DNA of 63,453 nucleotides, the filler included, from Pelomyxa schiedti (Eukaryota; Protista; Evosea), in assembly GCA_020536535.1 (NCBI GenBank). It is 4 parts of 4 records of this genome, joined end to end, with 100 filler letters (N's around TTAATTAATTAA, not from the genome) between each part and the next. Parts side by side here need not be neighbours in the genome. Positions count along the whole stretch, not along the records: positions 1 to 17,743 come from JAHLWZ010001127.1; positions 17,844 to 32,072 come from JAHLWZ010000064.1; 2 more parts are not named here. One strand, 5' to 3'. The translations under genes and the position numbers were made by a program. Below are positions 12,941 through 22,888 of this stretch, piece by piece (the stretch's first letter is position 1; each line of letters begins with the position of its first letter). A model generated the notes under the pieces. That model was not told the DNA's origin. It did no database searches and worked only from the letters and a program-made list of their open reading frames with translations.

Positions 12941-13933
12941 ATGCAGCCATACGGAATGCAGCCCGGATACGGACAACCAATGATGCAACCCGGTTACGGC
13001 CAGCCAATGATGCAACCAGGTACTTTTTTTATTTCTGCTTGTTTACACAAGAGTCCATACTAACGCGCATTGTTATTCTCCTTTTAATAAATGATTTAAA
13101 TTATTATTATTATTGTTATTATTATTATTACGAAACGAGGTTTCTCCTTTTTACCTACTAAATATCATCAGGATACGGGCAACCCATGATGCCCGGAATG
13201 GGTATGCACCCACCAGGAATGATGCCCGGAATGGGAATGCCACCACCCGGCATGCACCCACCAGGAATGATGCCCGGAATGATGCAACCCGGAATGGGAA
13301 TGGGAATGGGCATGAGCATGGGGATGAGGCCACCAATGGTTTACAGCCAAGCACCTATGGGCTATCCCACTCCGTGAGTTCCTGATTACATTAGATTACC
13401 TTCCCTTCCCTTCCATTATTAATTTCAATCACAGATTCCCTGTCTACACCGGCGCTATGCAGGCAGGAATGTACTTCAAGCCCGTGTGGTCACCAAAGCG
13501 AATGCAAAAACTCCAGAAGGCTTACTACGATGTCACCAAGGACGGAGTTATCACCCCCAAGGTAATTTGTGGACTCCGTTAAATAAGCTGCTAACTCTTT
13601 TTCAGGAAATGAAGAAGGTCCTCAAGAAGTTCGGGTACAAGATTTCACCCTATGAGGCCCAGTGGATTCTTGCCACACTCGACCGCAACAGGGACGGACG
13701 CATCGACTTCAACGAGTTCTACATGGGTATATATCCCACAACCCACACACTAATTCAATTAACACACAACCTAACAATATCCCATAGGAATCCAGCAGTT
13801 CTGCATGTCATGGCCGCGCCACCGCAACCCCAGCAAGGCAGCCAAGGCCCACCATGTAGCCAATTACAACTGGGGAGGCCACCCCGGGTTCCCCCAGCAC
13901 CTCCACCACATGTACCAGCCCAGAATGTTTTAA
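12941..13933 (+). CDS. EF-hand calcium-binding protein with Met/Pro/Gly-rich repetitive N-terminus
   Basis: MQPGYGQPM and MMPGMG repeats; EF loops DVTKDGVITPKE and DRNRDGRIDFNEF; GT-AG introns join the exons. Confidence 0.85.
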
Positions 13934-14093
13934 ACTTTTGTTTGTTTTCTCTCTTATCTACACTGCTTGTTTCTTTCTCCTTTTTGATCACTGCAATCAC
14001 CGAAATGTATAATGTATGTGCGTTAGGGAGGCGACTGTTTTTGTGTACGTTGCTTGTGTTGCCTGCAATTTATTTATTGTGCCACCGTTGCTC

Positions 14094-16063
14094 ATGTGTA
14101 CCATGCTTGTCACAAGCATAAGGGCTTACGTTAGCTTATAACAGAGCGAGGACGAGTTTGACGACGAGGACAACAACTCACCAGGCGACGGTAATGCTGT
14201 AAGAGAATTAAGGAATGAGTTACATTAGTATTCTATTTACTATGTTTTGAGTATTTAGTGGCTCATTTTCTTTTTTCTTGTAGCCTTACACAAGCACGAC
14301 CTAACTCCTTCTGTGGCTTCACAGTATGGGGGATTCCCGCCACATTATAATAATGATACGGGATCGACCATGTTGCCTGGGGGATTAACACAATCACCCC
14401 CTGTTCTTGATGCCCCTTCAAACCCTCCATTTGGTTTTGGGAGTGGAATTATGCAGCCGATGACTGTGAGTTTCTTGAACCCAAAAGGGAGTGCTCCTCA
14501 GGCCACGTATGACCGGCACTCTGTAAAATAAGTAACATCACACAGAATGGTTCAAGTTGACTACACCAAACCCAGAATTTTGTTAATGGGGCTTCCGGGG
14601 TGGGTAAATTGACTCCTTTCTCTTGATTCTTACTTAGATAGGTGTGGGAAGACAAGCATTGAACGTGTTGTAATGTTTAGCACCTCTCCTGCTGACACGA
14701 GGCACATAGAAACTACGAGAGATATTGAAGTACTAGGTTTCATTCAGGCCTCTGTTGCAGTCCAATAACAGGGTTGTAGATGTACCACAGGTTTTGACTC
14801 CTCTGGTCTGTTTCCAGATGTGGGATTTCCCTGGGCAACCCGAATACATACAAACCGTGGATCCACTCGTTTTTGGTCCCGGTTGTAGTGCAATTATCTT
14901 TGTTGTGGATGCGCAGGTACACGCTAAAAGGGAGACTCTGAAACTAACAAATTAAGAATCCAGATCAGTATGAAAAAGCCTTGGAGATGTTGAGTTACAT
15001 TATTACAACAACACACCCTCTAAACAACCGAGTTAATTTCGAGGTATTCTTTTTTTTTTTTAGTGTTGGTAGGTGCTTATAGTTCGCCCAGGTTTTTATA
15101 CATAAAGTGGACAGCATCTCTGACGACAACAAACTTGGTTGATTACCTCAAATTACATACTGTCTAATTAATTGGGTTTAGATCACCAAAGAAACTTTAT
15201 GGAAAGAATCCAAGAATTTCTGGCTGCTAACTCCATTCACGACGTGCAACCAAGTGTTTACCTTACAAGGTTTTTTTTAATCTTTTTCATTCTTTGTAAC
15301 TGTGACATAGTGTTTATGACCACTCTGTTTATGAAGCATTTTCGAAGGTGATTCAAAAGCTTGTTCCGTCATATGCTTCACTTGGCCTTTTAGTGGACAG
15401 CTTCACCTTGGTATTACGCTGCTACCTTTATCAGTATTAACTATTCTAGAACTCGGGAATTGATAAAACTTTCCTGTTCGATATTAAAACCAAAATATTC
15501 ATTGCCACCGATGCCGCACCTGTAGAAATTACAACATATGAACTTCTCACGTCCCTAATTGAAGTTACAACGGCGTCGCTTGTTGGTTACGAGTAAGTGA
15601 CTTCCCAATACTAGCCTCGCTCTCACTTTCATTCAGAGCTAAAGGAATACCCCAAAGTCTTCTTTCCTCCTCACCCGATAACGCCGCAGAAGAAACAGCA
15701 GCGCAGCCACCACAACAAACCTCTCCAAACCTCATCACCCCAAACACACAGACAATCGCCACACTCTCCAACAACACCACCATTTTCTTCCGGGCTCTCA
15801 CCGAGTATGTACCACCACTCCCTCACATTCCTATTAACCATTTCCGGAAATACATTCCGGCACCGCAAACAAACAACAGGCACCTTGCCATTGCATGCAT
15901 ATTCAAGGGCAGCGGCATAAACCAAGGGCTCATTGAACTCAACCTTAAGTGCTTCAAGCAAGGAGTTTCAGAAATTCTCGCCTGCATGACTACCAACGAT
16001 CCAAACCAACAACCACCCTCCACAACAACTGCAACAACAGCAACTGGTAACAATTTATTCTAA
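14094..16063 (+). CDS. RRAGC: Rag GTPase RagC/D (Gtr2) family; start uncertain
   Basis: KPRILLMGLPG|CGKTSI; WDFPGQ; IIFVVDAQ; FEVFIHKVD; LTSVYDHSVYEAFSKVIQKL; FLFDIKTKIFIATD; GLIELNLKCFK. Confidence 0.92.
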
Positions 16064-16105
16064 ATAGAGGAGATGTTGCACTTAAGAACATAAGCCCATT
16101 CATGC

Positions 16106-17488
16106 TCACAACAAGAAGGACACACCTGTGTGGTTTGGGGGGAACTTCTTGCCCTCAGTCCTGCAGGTGAGCATCGCCACTTTTGCACCAGTTTCGTAAT
16201 CAGTGACGAGAATCCGATTTTCGTTGAAGTGGAACAGGAACCCAGCGTGCGCGTACAGCATTTGGTCACAGGTGGTGTCCTTGACACATTCCACGACCCT
16301 GAGAGGGTGTGACGGCATGTTGCAGTCCCAGATTTCGAACACTCCCACACCGTTATTGTGGATGTTTTGGCCAGAGACGCAGTACAGCCTCTCACTCAGC
16401 TGACTCAGCTCCAGGTTTCTTTGCTCCCCGTACTTGGATGTGCTGAGCACCTCCTCGTTGCGTGGAGTGGCCTCAGGCTCTGATGACGATTCAAGGTAAC
16501 GAAAAATGGCCACGGAACCAGATGCCCAGCCACGCCCCCACCCACAACCATCTGCCCTGGCAATGAATGATCTCCTGTTTGATTCGGGGTGCATCACTAT
16601 CCACTTGTCTCTCTTAGTCCAATCGGAGAAGAGAGTCCGTGGCATCACGCAGCGTGTGGTGCTGATTGGACTGAATGGGTCACTGTCAGAGGAAGACCAC
16701 AGCTGCGGCAGGCTGACGACACACAGCTCCACGACTTTATGGTCCAGAAACACCATCAAAGCCTCATCGCAGTTGTACTCATCAATGAATACTCCCAGAG
16801 GGTATTTGTCCGCAACGCTGCGGATGTACTTGGGCACAACCTGCTGCTCGGTCAGGTTGACTAACACAATGATTCCTAGTTCACCCCTGTCGTCCTCGAG
16901 GTCTGTGAGCACCAGCCACTTGTGATTCATGCATCGGCAAAGTCCATTCTGGCAAAGCACTTCTTTCCCACCGTGGGCGCCTTGATCAGCAATCCAGCCA
17001 CTCAAATCACGGATGTACATGGTGCCTCCACTGAACCACCTTTCAGAGAGCCTCTCATCCGCGCTCTCAATGACGAACCTGTCATTTGCCCCGACCAACT
17101 GCACGAACCCCTTGTTGGTGTCACGCACACAATGCCTCGTGATACTTGCCATCAATCCCAGAGTGGCTGCAGACACCCCGATCGTGAACAGGGCCTCGTA
17201 CTCCCTCCCGATTCTCCACTTCCCCTGCAAGATCCCCCTTGACACCCTCACATTGATCACCCGGAACGGTGCGTCGTTGCAGACCCAGTCCCACACGAGC
17301 TTGATTGCGACGGCCAGCCACGTCCCCGCGATGGCGAGGGGGCCGCGCACGCAGCGGCCGCGGCCGCGAGCACGGGCGCCGGGTCGGCCGCGGCCGCACC
17401 GTGGGTGTGTCATCATCATGAGGGAGTGGAACTGTGACGAGGTCGATAGCGATGGGTACACGCGGGTCACCACTTGGAGGGTGTTCAT
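16106..17488 (-). CDS. Intronless HPRCG-motif family protein
   Basis: LSTSSQFHSLMMMTHPRCGRG, WDWV, IGVSAATLGL, CMNHKWLV, ILVTDYETGAKVAML; first in-frame ATG at 17488. Confidence 0.85.
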   Translation of the reverse strand: MNTLQVVTRVYPSLSTSSQFHSLMMMTHPRCGRGRPGARARGRGRCVRGPLAIAGTWLAVAIKLVWDWVCNDAPFRVINVRVSRGILQGKWRIGREYEALFTIGVSAATLGLMASITRHCVRDTNKGFVQLVGANDRFVIESADERLSERWFSGGTMYIRDLSGWIADQGAHGGKEVLCQNGLCRCMNHKWLVLTDLEDDRGELGIIVLVNLTEQQVVPKYIRSVADKYPLGVFIDEYNCDEALMVFLDHKVVELCVVSLPQLWSSSDSDPFSPISTTRCVMPRTLFSDWTKRDKWIVMHPESNRRSFIARADGCGWGRGWASGSVAIFRYLESSSEPEATPRNEEVLSTSKYGEQRNLELSQLSERLYCVSGQNIHNNGVGVFEIWDCNMPSHPLRVVECVKDTTCDQMLYAHAGFLFHFNENRILVTDYETGAKVAMLTCRTEGKKFPPNHTGVSFLL

Positions 17489-17622
17489 GGCTTCGTTGTT
17501 TTCATCAGGTTCTGTTCCACGAATTACGGCTCCCACGCCATGATTTTGGAACTTGTTTGAAGTTGTGTTGTTGATGTGGGCTGTCCGAGTTTTTTACGTT
17601 TACAGAATTGTGCTGCATTGTG

Positions 17623-17743
17623 GGTTCACAAAAAGGATACATTGGCGTAGTTGGTGGCAAACTTCTTACTCTCACTGTGACAAGTGAGCATTGCCACTTT
17701 TGCGCCAGTGAGATAATCAGTGACGAGAATCCGATTTTCATTG
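17623..17743 (-). CDS. 3' end of a tandem paralog of 16106-17488, truncated by a gap
   Basis: NENRILVTDYLTGAKVAMLTCHSESKKF versus NENRILVTDYETGAKVAMLTCRTEGKKF. Confidence 0.75.
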
Positions 17744-17843
17744 NNNNNNNNNNNNNNNNNNNNNNNNNNNNNNNNNNNNNNNNNNNNTTAATTAATTAAN
17801 NNNNNNNNNNNNNNNNNNNNNNNNNNNNNNNNNNNNNNNNNNN
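17744..17843. other. Assembly gap with TTAATTAATTAA linker (also 32073-32172 and 62161-62260)
   Basis: N-run containing a six-frame stop linker; marks joins of separate scaffolds. Confidence 0.95.
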
Positions 17844-18181
17844 CCGTCGGTTGATTTTGAGGCCGCGGCGGAGGCGGCTGCGAAGACATCGTCGGCGCAC
17901 CAGGGTACGACATCACCCTTGTGGGATCCTTTCGTTAATTGACACTGAACTTGGTTCAGTAGATGTTCCACTCATTCAGGCCGAAACTCCGGTCTCTCAT
18001 GAAAAGATCCCAACAGCTCCTTTGTGCCTCCGCTATTCGGAGCATCTTTGCTCAGAGGGGCACAGCTCAATCTCAAGCAAATCTGGTTGTGATGTTCAGC
18101 GAAAACGCAAAAAAAAAACAAACAAAGAAAACATAAAACAATCGTTTGGGAAGGTGACGCCACAGGCCGAGCACTAGCGGA

Positions 18182-19488
18182 ATGGCGACAGCGTGTTGGG
18201 GAATGCTGGGGTGGTTGTCGTGGTTCATTGGTGTGGTGGTGCTCGCCAGGGCCCTCGCGTGGATCCTGAGGTTCGTCGTGTCGCGACTTCGCGGGCCAAG
18301 CGACTTGGCAACCTACAAGGCGCCGGGTACTGAAACTTGGGCCGTGGTAATGTTTTCTCTCTCGTTTCTTATTGCCTTTTTTTTTTTTTTTTTTGACCTC
18401 TCGGGAGGGGTTTTTCCGCATTCGAATGCCTAATTTTGGGTGCTTTAGGTAACAGGAGCCTCTCAGGGAATTGGAGAGGGATTCGCGAGGGCCCTTGCCG
18501 CTCGCCAGTTCAATTTGGTGCTCTACGCTTTAGGGCAGGACCTGCTGGCCAAGATAGCTGCTGATCTGACCACCACTTATAAAATTAAGGTGCCGTGTTA
18601 AAATGGTTTCCTTCTACTAATAAATTTTTTCCACAGGTTATTTATAGGGAAGTGAACTTTGTCAAGGCAACTCAGGAAGACTGGGACCAAATTGCACGTG
18701 AACTCGAACCTCTTAATGTTGGTGTCCTTGTCAACAGCGCCGGTGTTACTCAGCTGTCTGGAAAGCTTGATGACTGTGACTGGCCCTTACTCAACACTAT
18801 GATTCAATTGAATGTCGCTGGGACAACTCGCATAACACATCTCATTGTACCCAAAATGCTTAAAAGGTAACACCGCCAGGAAAGAACAACTTTAACCCCA
18901 CCACAACTAGAGGGAGGACAAAATCACTGATTATCAACATGGGGTCATCTACCGCTCTTATTCCCTCGCCCATGCTCCAAGTTTATGGTGCCACCAAAGC
19001 ATACATAAAGGTTTGTGCTTCTCCCGGTTTTACTTCCCCTTATTCCCACTAGCATTTCAGTACCTCTCTTGCCGACGAGTATCGCGGTAAAATCGATGTA
19101 ACATGCTGTGCTCCTTGGTGGGTGGTATGTAATTCATTCTGCTGCCTGCTTCCGTAGTTACTTCCCGCACAGTGCACTCCTATGACCGAAATCCGCCATC
19201 CATCACTTTCTGCCATCACCCCGAGCCACTTTGCCAATTGCTCTCTCTGCCATGTTGGAAAGACTGACTGGGTTGATCCCTATTGGGTCCATGCGCTCAT
19301 CGAGTATGTGGCCCGCTTCCATTCCTTATTGTGTCACTTACATTACACCACACACTAGTCTGTTCATATCATCACTCCCTCATTCCCTTGTTGCTGGCAA
19401 GTTCATTGCTCAACAGACACGCGTCCGTGCACACTTCCTTCGCAAAAGAGCAACCGCCGCATCCACTTCAACAACAACCTCCCATTGA
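18182..19488 (+). CDS. SDR very-long-chain 3-oxoacyl-CoA reductase / HSD17B12-like, copy 1
   Basis: N-terminal TM; WAV|VTGASQGIG; VGVLVNSAG; IINMGSS; YGATK (YxxxK). Confidence 0.9.
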
Positions 19489-19619
19489 CACCACAACAAC
19501 AAAAGCCAAAGGCAAAACACATCAATTATTAGAATTGGCCAATTCTTTCTTCCTGTTTCGTGTGACTGACAGTCACCGAAAAATTTTGATCGTTGGGGCG
19601 CAGGGACTAGGCGTCAAAC

Positions 19620-19811
19620 ATGTTGGACGACATCCAAAGTACAGTTAAATGATATTTGTGCATTCGTTGGTTGTTTTTGCACTAGCTGTTTGTTTTTTAA
19701 ACAGTTATTTCTTTTTATTTTAAAAACCTGCGTATGTAGAAATTGGGGTTCTGTTGACCTCTGTTGGGTGCTTTTTCACGTTTTTGGGCGTCATTTTGTT
19801 TCTTGACAGAG
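19620..19811 (+). CDS. GOT1: GOT1 5' fragment, truncated by gap
   Basis: MLDDIQ|KIGVLLTSVGCFFTFLGVILFLDR. Confidence 0.8.
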
Positions 19812-19911
19812 NNNNNNNNNNNNNNNNNNNNNNNNNNNNNNNNNNNNNNNNNNNNNNNNNNNNNNNNNNNNNNNNNNNNNNNNNNNNNNNNNNNNNNNNN
19901 NNNNNNNNNNN

Positions 19912-20548
19912 CCATACAGCCGGGGAGCACTCAAGCGCGAGCTACGTGGGCTCCTCAAGCCCGTCCTGGGCACCGAGGAGGGCAGGCGCCGTGCACTCCA
20001 ACGCATCAACGGCCACAGATAGAGACATGCCCCTAAATGAACCCCCCCCTCGTTCACGTAAGGTTTTGTTTGACACCCTGTGGTCTATGTTTTTGGACTA
20101 CACCTTATGGAACAGTTATGTGCTCCTCCGACGCTGGCAAGACCACGAAACGGTAGAACGTGTCTGGTCCAGACATTTCGGAATTTTCCCTTCAATCAGA
20201 CGAGTGTCCGACGAACCGGTGTCACCGACCCACAACGACCTGCCGCCAACGTCGTCGAAGTGTCAGGGCAGACCAACGACACACAGGACAACGGCAACGG
20301 CAACGGCAACGACAGCGACAGCGACAGCGTCGACAGCGACAACAGACCAATGGGGTGGCTTGGATGCGTCACCACTGTGGGCCCGAGACCAGACGTGCGA
20401 CCTGCTGCTGGCCTCGCACCCTGGGTGCTGGGGACCCACAGGCTGCTGGTCGTCGACGCTGGGGCGGTGCGCGCGGGGGTCGGGGGCGGGCGGGACGTGC
20501 ACGGCTGAGCGGCGGTGCTGGGAATCTCGATGCACCTGCCTGGAATGA
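19912..20548 (+). pseudogene. Fragment of a hypothetical, possibly degenerate intronless gene
   Basis: Protein-like VLFDTLWSMFLDYTLWNSY... appears to continue in another frame; GC-rich with GGCAAC/GACAGC repeats. Confidence 0.3.
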
Positions 20549-20918
20549 CATGCGTCTCGAGTCCATGTCATCGGTACTAGATAGACAACTCAATGGATTG
20601 CCACTTTAAACCATTGTAGAAGATTGTATTATGAACTCTTTGGGGAAAAGCAACAAAGGTTGAGCTTTCGTACTTTTACATCTTGTACTGTTGGGTGGCG
20701 ACTAGGGGTGTACTGGTGGGGAATTATTTAATCATTAAATTGCTACCAACCGTTTGCCCACTAAAGTTGCACTGTAAGAGGGTAAGTTTTTGGTTTTGGT
20801 AATACTGCCACCTGGATATGTGCATCGTTTGATAAGCAGGCACAGAAGTTCTGCATGCTGGTTTATTGACTTTGCAATCAGATTTTGAAATCAAATGCTG
20901 GCAAAAGAACTCCCATAG

Positions 20919-21156
20919 CTCTTTGAGTCCGGGTGCATAATTTTACCGTTAAAAAAGACTGAGAAATTTAATTTTTTTGGAATTTTTTTTTCGAGATCTC
21001 CTCAACAGGACCTGCTTGCCCGCGGGTGTGTGGCTGTGTTCATGGGGGTTGTCAAGTAACCCCCGAGGGCCCCTGTTGGGGCACCCAAGTCCTTGCTGTT
21101 GTCGCAAAAAATCGAAATTGCCTTATCGGGCAAATTATGCACCCGGACTCAAAGAG
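20919..21156. repeat. Perfect 25-bp inverted repeat enclosing 188 bp
   Basis: CTCTTTGAGTCCGGGTGCATAATTT (20919-20943) and AAATTATGCACCCGGACTCAAAGAG (21132-21156). Confidence 0.85.
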
Positions 21157-21321
21157 ATATCCATTGCCCACTGGGGGCAAAAAAACTCTTAGAAGTGTCC
21201 GGAAAGACATCTATCCAATAGACTTACCAATAGAAAGCTCTTAACCTAAAAGTCTAAGTCCGGATCTGAGCCTCAGGCTAGATCTGTTCGGTGAAAGGTT
21301 CTCGGGTCTGGCAGCAGACAC

Positions 21322-22017
21322 CAAACTGTGGGTCGTGACGTGGGGCATTGTATTCGCATCCCAAAGCGGAGCTGTTTGCCCCCATGACCGGTGATGCCGG
21401 ATTTGCGACACCTGAAGAGGAAAAAAAAAGGTCTGCTTCCGCTACAATCACAGTCCAGCTTGAGACTTGGAGGAGCTGGGAGGCGCAAGGAATGGGATGA
21501 GAGTGCACGTGCATCTGAACGCAGAGGGCTTGAGCGCTTCCCTTCCTCCGGCTACTGAGTGATTGGGTGATCTGATGTTCGCGAAAAAAATGCTTTTTTC
21601 TTTCCTTTTCCCTGACCGAGACTCCTCGGGCTGCAAACTGTGATCTGTGACGTGGCTTGTTGTGATCGCGGGTACAAGAGGAGTAGTTTGCCCCCAAAGC
21701 CGGTGGTGCCGGATTTGCGACAGTCAAAGAGGAAAAAAATAATCCAGGTTTTCTGGAAAGTGGCCATCAGGGGGACAGTGTCTCCTGAAGCGGCGAGCCT
21801 TCCCCTTGTGTGCAGGCGACGATTACCTGCACGAGTGTTGTTTCCCAGGCCTGGGTTGGACTGAAGTGTGAGTGTAGGGGAAGCATTGATGGGTGTTTAA
21901 GGGAAAAAAAAACATTTTTTTTTCTTCTTCTAGTGTCGCATATCCGGGAACACCGGTATAGGGGGCACACGACTGTACATTCTCTTGTCGCCACAACGGC
22001 CCACGTCACTACCCGCA
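21322..22017. repeat. Three diverged copies of a ~105-bp non-coding module (21322-21429 +, 21634-21739 +, 21915-22017 -)
   Basis: Shared order GTGACGTGG..TTGT..TGCCCCC..CCGG-N5-CCGGAT(T/A)TGCGACA..AAGA(G/A)GAAAAAA. Confidence 0.8.
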
Positions 22018-22485
22018 GGAAGGTGGTGAAAGAGGTACCTATCCGGCAAAGAAGAAAAAAAAACACACACCGACCTTCCCGTTTTGTATGTTTTTCTGGG
22101 AAGTCCTCGGAGGACAACCGCCAAAAAATGTTTGCCCCCAGCGTCCACTGTTGAGTCCGGAGCCCAATTTTGCCTAAAGTGGGGAATGGATATGGGGGAA
22201 TACAAAGTCGGATCTGATCATATAATTGTATTAAGATAGGGGAATGCATTAGTCAACGATACCAGCTTTTTCCTTTCGCTTTGTGTGGCACCAGTTACTG
22301 TAGTAGTAAATAATACAGTGGTACGGAGCCACCGCACTATCCCCGTTCTTTTCCGTCGGTGCCAATGACTACAGCAAAACACACCCCCACAGTGTGGGTG
22401 TGAGTGTGACTGTCCGCGATGGATGAAGGGTTGTTTGTTTTACTAAAATAAAGTCGAGGGTCTATTTTCAGAAGGAAAAAAAGAC

Positions 22486-22567
22486 TGCGCCGGCTGGGAT
22501 TCGAACCCAGGCTCCAAAGGAAATGCATCTTGAGTGCACCGCGTTAGACCAACTCCGCCACCGACGC
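22486..22567 (-). tRNA. tRNA-Leu(CAA)
   Basis: GCGTCGG/CCGGCGC acceptor stem, GTGCA-CTCAAGA-TGCAT anticodon arm, long variable arm, GGTTCGAATCC, downstream T-run. Confidence 0.95.
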
Positions 22568-22725
22568 TTAGACATCTAGAAGAAAGGGAGTCCAAAGGCT
22601 TAGAAGAGGGAAAAAAAGCACAGCCAAAATTTTGGTCTTCTCCGAAAAGAGCTCATTTGTATCCGGCCGTACTTTCTGCAGGAAAAAGACCAACAATCTG
22701 TGCAGGCATTTTCCTCAATGCAGAA

Positions 22726-22807
22726 GCAGGTATGGCCGAGAGGTCTAAGGCGGCTGATTTAAGCTCAGCTTTCGTGAGATGCGTGGGTTCGAACCCCACT
22801 GCCTGCA
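22726..22807 (+). tRNA. tRNA-Leu(TAA)
   Basis: GCAGGTA/TGCCTGC acceptor stem, GCTGA-TTTAAGC-TCAGC anticodon arm, GGTTCGAACCC, downstream T-runs. Confidence 0.95.
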
Positions 22808-22888
22808 TTCTTTCTTTTTTCCTTCCGAAAACAGAGCATCGACTTTATTTTGTGTAGTAAAACAAAAGTTGTGTATGTAGTGTGCACA

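Larger units (their letters stand above)
17844..19811 (+). repeat. Near-identical copy of 27819-29766 (ATG11 5' end, SDR gene, GOT1 5' end)
   Basis: Colinear sequence with scattered SNPs and small indels; both copies end at TTGACAGAG immediately before a 100-N gap. Confidence 0.95.

Noticed and set aside
17788-17799. TTAATTAATTAA as a biological motif (three occurrences)
   Set aside because: Always embedded in N-runs; it is an artificial contig linker.
22098-22465. RNase MRP/P-like GGGAAGTCCTCGG with possible partner CGAGGGTCT
   Set aside because: Only a short pairing; the other conserved regions were not found.
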